DNA from: a virus
Taxonomy: Duplodnaviria > Heunggongvirae > Uroviricota > Caudoviricetes
DNA: 18,079 nucleotides
Virus record (IMG/VR): IMGVR_UViG_2698536536_000001
Location: 1-18,079 of that record
Strand: one strand, 5' to 3'
Both the position numbers and the translations under genes were made by a program. Below are positions 15,309 through 18,079 of this stretch, one piece after another. The notes beneath the pieces are model-generated. The model was not told where the DNA came from, ran no database searches, and worked only from the letters and a program-made list of their open reading frames with translations. Each line of letters opens with the position of its first letter. Position 1 is the stretch's first letter.

Positions 15309-16145
15309 ATGAGTGACTATCATCACGGCGTGCAGGTGCTGGAGATTAACGACGGCACCCGCGTCATTTCCACCGTATCCACTGCCATTGTCGGCATGGT
15401 CTGCACGGCCAGCGATGCGGATGCGGAAACCTTTCCCCTCAATAAACCTGTGCTGATTACCAATGTGCAGAGCGCAATTGCAAAGGCCGGTAAAAAAGGC
15501 ACGCTGGCGGCGTCGCTGCAGGCCATCGCCGACCAGTCAAAACCGGTCACCGTTGTTGTGCGCGTGGAAGACGGCACCGGCGACGACGAGGAAACGAAAC
15601 TTGCGCAGACCGTTTCCAATATCATCGGCACCACCGACGAAAACGGTCAGTACACCGGCGTAACGGCAAAGTGGTTACACACCAAAGACCCGAAGCCGCA
15701 AAAGCAGAAGGTAAAACTGAAACGCAAAAAGAAAGAAAAACACCTGCGCGCACTGGAGCACCCGAAAGCGAAACCGGTCACGCAGAAGAAAGCGCCAAAA
15801 GTACCGGAAGCGCGCGAAGGTGAATACATGGCCGGTGAAGCTGACAACGTTTTTGCCCTGACTACGGTATATGCCACGAAAGCACAGGCCATGCGCGCCG
15901 CTCAGGCGAAGTGGGATAAACTGCAACGGGGCGTTGCGGAGTTCTCCATCAGCCTTGCCACTGGTCGTGCTGATATTTACACGGAAACACCGGTCAGAGT
16001 GTCAGGCTTTAAGCGCGTCATAGACGAGCAGGACTGGACCATCACTAAGGTGACACATTTTCTGAATAATAGCGGCTTCACGACGTCCTTGGAGCTTGAG
16101 GTCAGGCTTTCTGATGTGGAGTACGAAACAGAAGATGATGAGTAA
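15309..16145 (+). pseudogene. In-frame fusion remnant: tail sheath FI N-terminus joined to tail protein D C-terminus (yegZ-like)
   Basis: First ~118 residues ([14 protein letters not shown]…TDENGQYTG) match the recalled P2 FI sheath N-terminus. The C-terminal ~100 residues lie immediately upstream of ogr, where gene D ends in P2. The two are joined by a Lys-rich linker. FII, E, T, U and most of FI and D are missing. Confidence 0.65.
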
Positions 16146-16226
16146 TGTTTTTATTTTATCTGTTTGTTTTATAAGGATAAATTAACTAAAATGGCACCGT
16201 CAACAAAACCGGAAGAGGTGCTCGCG

Positions 16227-16445
16227 ATGTTTCATTGTCCTTTATGCCAGCATGCCGCACATGCGCGTACAAGTCGCTATATCACTGACACGACAAAAGA
16301 GCGTTATCACCAGTGTCAGAACGTGAATTGTAGCGCCACGTTCATCACTTATGAGTCGGTACAGCGATACATCGTGAAGCCGGGAGAAGTCCACGCCGTA
16401 AGGCCGCACCCGTTGCCATCAGGGCAGCAAATTATGTGGATGTAA
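16227..16445 (+). CDS. ogr: Late-gene transcription activator Ogr, zinc-finger protein, 72 aa
   Basis: Sequence MFHCPLCQHAAHARTSRYITDTTKERYHQCQNVNCSATFITYESVQRYIV… matches recalled P2 Ogr, with C-x2-C…C-x4-C zinc-finger cysteines. Start taken at the internal ATG with SD ggaagagg, not the upstream ATG at 16164. Confidence 0.9.
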   Translation: MFHCPLCQHAAHARTSRYITDTTKERYHQCQNVNCSATFITYESVQRYIVKPGEVHAVRPHPLPSGQQIMWM

Positions 16446-16457
16446 TTACAAACAGAA

Positions 16458-16482
16458 AGCCCCTCAGTCGAGGGGCTTTTTT
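16458..16482 (+). terminator. Rho-independent terminator of ogr
   Basis: Hairpin agcccct-cagtcg-aggggct followed by tttttt. Confidence 0.6.
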
Positions 16483-16513
16483 GTCGATGTGGTCAATGTG
16501 TGGACGTGACCAG
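16483..16513. promoter_or_regulatory. Arm-type repeat region next to the right att core (tgtggtcaa / tgtggacgt)
   Basis: Sequence gtcgatgtggtcaatgtgtggacgtgaccag contains two TGTGG(A/T)C motifs. A close copy of this segment also occurs at 429..458 in the left flank. Confidence 0.4.
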
Positions 16514-16546
16514 AAATAAATCCTTTTATTTCAATTTGTTGTACGT

Positions 16547-16573
16547 AAAAAATAAGCCCGTGTAAGGGAGATT
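16547..16573. repeat. Right copy of 27-bp P2 att core
   Basis: Exact direct repeat of 477..503. It overlaps the terminator end of cyaR. Confidence 0.8.
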
Positions 16574-16634
16574 ACACAGGCTAAGGAGGTGGTTCCTGGT
16601 ACAGCTAGCATTTTATGGGTTATGTTTTTCAGCG
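16547..16634 (-). ncRNA. cyaR: Hfq-dependent small RNA CyaR (RyeE)
   Basis: Minus-strand sequence GCTGAAAAACATAACCCATAAAATGCTAGCTGTACCAGGAACCACCTCCTTAGCCTGTGTAATCTCCCTTACACGGGCTTATTTTTT matches recalled CyaR, including the CCUCCU anti-SD motif and the terminator hairpin with U-tail. Between yegQ and ogr, as in E. coli K-12. Confidence 0.8.
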
Positions 16635-16684
16635 AAACGGATGATAACCTTAATAAATGCAGCTGTATGTGATCGGTTTCTAAG
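16635..16684 (-). promoter_or_regulatory. Putative cyaR promoter with CRP-like site
   Basis: Reading the minus strand, a -10-like TATCAT lies at -13..-8 relative to the inferred +1 (plus coordinates 16642..16647). A CRP-like half-site pair TTAGA-N6-TCACA lies at 16669..16684. CyaR is known to be CRP-activated; the site match is partial. Confidence 0.4.
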
Positions 16685-16717
16685 AATTTTCCATCCGGGA
16701 AAAATAATCGAAATTAA

Positions 16718-18079
16718 TCACTTACCGTGGGGATTACGCGTGGTTTCCCCGGAGAAATTACGCATCAGCAGCGCGTAATTGAGCTCAAGATCCTGCGGGA
16801 CCGGGAGCCACACAGTATAACCATCGCCTGGTGCTATCGGCATAGCTTCGCCTTTGGCGTTTTCCATGTGCTCAAGGGTAAAATTAATGTTGCCTTGCGG
16901 CGTCATCAGCTCAAGGCTGTCGCCAACGGAGAATTTATTTTTCACCGCTACCGCCGCGAGGTCCCCCTTGCGCTCACCGGTAAACTCACCAACAAACTGC
17001 TGGCGGTCAGAAACTGAATAACCGTATTCGTAGTTCTGATAATCGTCGTGAGTATGACGACGCAGGAAACCTTCGGTATAGCCACGATGCGCCAGACCTT
17101 CCAGAGTTTCCAGCAGGCTGGTATCGAACGGTTTTCCCGCAGCGGCGTCATCGATAGCTTTGCGGTAAACCTGTGCGGTGCGTGCACAATAGTAGAAAGA
17201 TTTGGTACGACCTTCGATTTTCAGCGAATGCACGCCCATTTTGGTCAGGCGTTCTACATGGGCGATGGCGCGCAGATCTTTCGAGTTCATGATGTAAGTG
17301 CCGTGCTCATCTTCAAACGCGGTCATATACTCGCCCGGACGCTGGGCTTCTTCGATCATAAACACTTTGTCGGTTGGCGCGCCGATACCTAGCGTCGGCT
17401 CAACATTTTGCACCGGAATCGGCTCGTACTTGTGTACGATGTTGCCAACGTCATCTTCTTTCCCTTCCTGGACGTTGTACTCCCAGCGGCAGGCGTTGGT
17501 GCAGGTACCCTGGTTCGGATCGCGCTTGTTGATATAGCCAGAGAGCAGGCAGCGACCGGAGTAGGCCATGCACAGCGCACCGTGAACGAAGATCTCGATC
17601 TCCATATCCGGCACCTGATTGCGGATCTCTTCAATCTCTTCCAGCGACAGCTCGCGAGAGAGGATCACGCGGGTCAGGCCCATTTGCTGCCAGAATTTCA
17701 CCGTCGCCCAGTTTACGGCGTTAGCCTGCACCGAGAGGTGGATCGGCATTTCAGGGAAGTGCTCACGCACCAGCATAATCAGCCCTGGATCGGACATAAT
17801 CAGCGCATCCGGCCCCATTTCCACCACCGGTTTCAGGTCACGGATAAAGGTTTTCAGCTTGGCGTTGTGCGGTGCAATGTTGACCACGACATAAAACTTT
17901 TTCCCCAGCGCGTGGGCTTCATTGATGCCGAGCTGAAGATTTTCGTGGTTGAATTCGTTGTTGCGCACACGCAGGGAGTAACGCGGCTGGCCCGCATAAA
18001 CAGCATCTGCGCCATAAGCGAAAGCGTAACGCATATTTTTCAGCGTTCCCGCCGGGGAAAGGAGTTCCGGTTTAAACAT
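16718..18079 (-). CDS. yegQ: U32-family peptidase-like protein YegQ (TrhP), 453 aa, complete
   Basis: Full-length ORF from MFKPELLSPAGTLKNMRYAFAYGADAVYAGQ… matching recalled E. coli YegQ. The start codon is at the last three bases of the window. Confidence 0.9.
   Translation of the reverse strand: MFKPELLSPAGTLKNMRYAFAYGADAVYAGQPRYSLRVRNNEFNHENLQLGINEAHALGKKFYVVVNIAPHNAKLKTFIRDLKPVVEMGPDALIMSDPGLIMLVREHFPEMPIHLSVQANAVNWATVKFWQQMGLTRVILSRELSLEEIEEIRNQVPDMEIEIFVHGALCMAYSGRCLLSGYINKRDPNQGTCTNACRWEYNVQEGKEDDVGNIVHKYEPIPVQNVEPTLGIGAPTDKVFMIEEAQRPGEYMTAFEDEHGTYIMNSKDLRAIAHVERLTKMGVHSLKIEGRTKSFYYCARTAQVYRKAIDDAAAGKPFDTSLLETLEGLAHRGYTEGFLRRHTHDDYQNYEYGYSVSDRQQFVGEFTGERKGDLAAVAVKNKFSVGDSLELMTPQGNINFTLEHMENAKGEAMPIAPGDGYTVWLPVPQDLELNYALLMRNFSGETTRNPHGK

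Noticed and set aside
16164-16226. Upstream extension of ogr from the ATG at 16164
   Set aside because: Recalled P2 Ogr is 72 aa beginning MFHCPLCQ, and an SD (ggaagagg) sits before the internal ATG at 16227. The extension is probably not translated.
16727-17894. Several ORFs of 79-114 aa on both strands inside yegQ
   Set aside because: They are embedded in the complete 453-aa yegQ reading frame, which is recognisable along its full length.

Overview
This window is a defective P2-like prophage of about 16.1 kb (477..16573) in an Escherichia-type chromosome. It sits at the classical P2 attachment site in the 3' end of the sRNA gene cyaR, between a yegR-like lipoprotein gene (left) and yegQ/trhP (right), and is bounded by identical 27-bp att cores. 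All calls rest on reading the sequence and on recalled P2 protein sequences, sizes and gene order; no database search was run. The early region is intact: int, C, cox, small ORFs, B. Replication gene A is frameshifted. Most morphogenesis genes are missing: only Q, a 3' stub of P, I, H, G, an FI'-'D fusion and ogr remain. Both P2 accessory hotspots are kept and carry visibly AT-rich foreign cargo. The main candidate for a new system is a tightly coupled three-gene operon at the tin/old position (5864..9285): a 306-aa unknown protein, a 158-aa unknown protein, and a 673-aa SMC/Rad50-like ABC ATPase with a central CPxC hook-like motif. Its gene order resembles Lamassu/DdmABC-type anti-phage systems, but that assignment is a hypothesis. 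A second small cargo (an 81-aa ORF plus a 100-aa two-helix membrane protein) sits at the Z/fun position between G and FI. No CRISPR array, tRNA, rRNA or IS element is visible.
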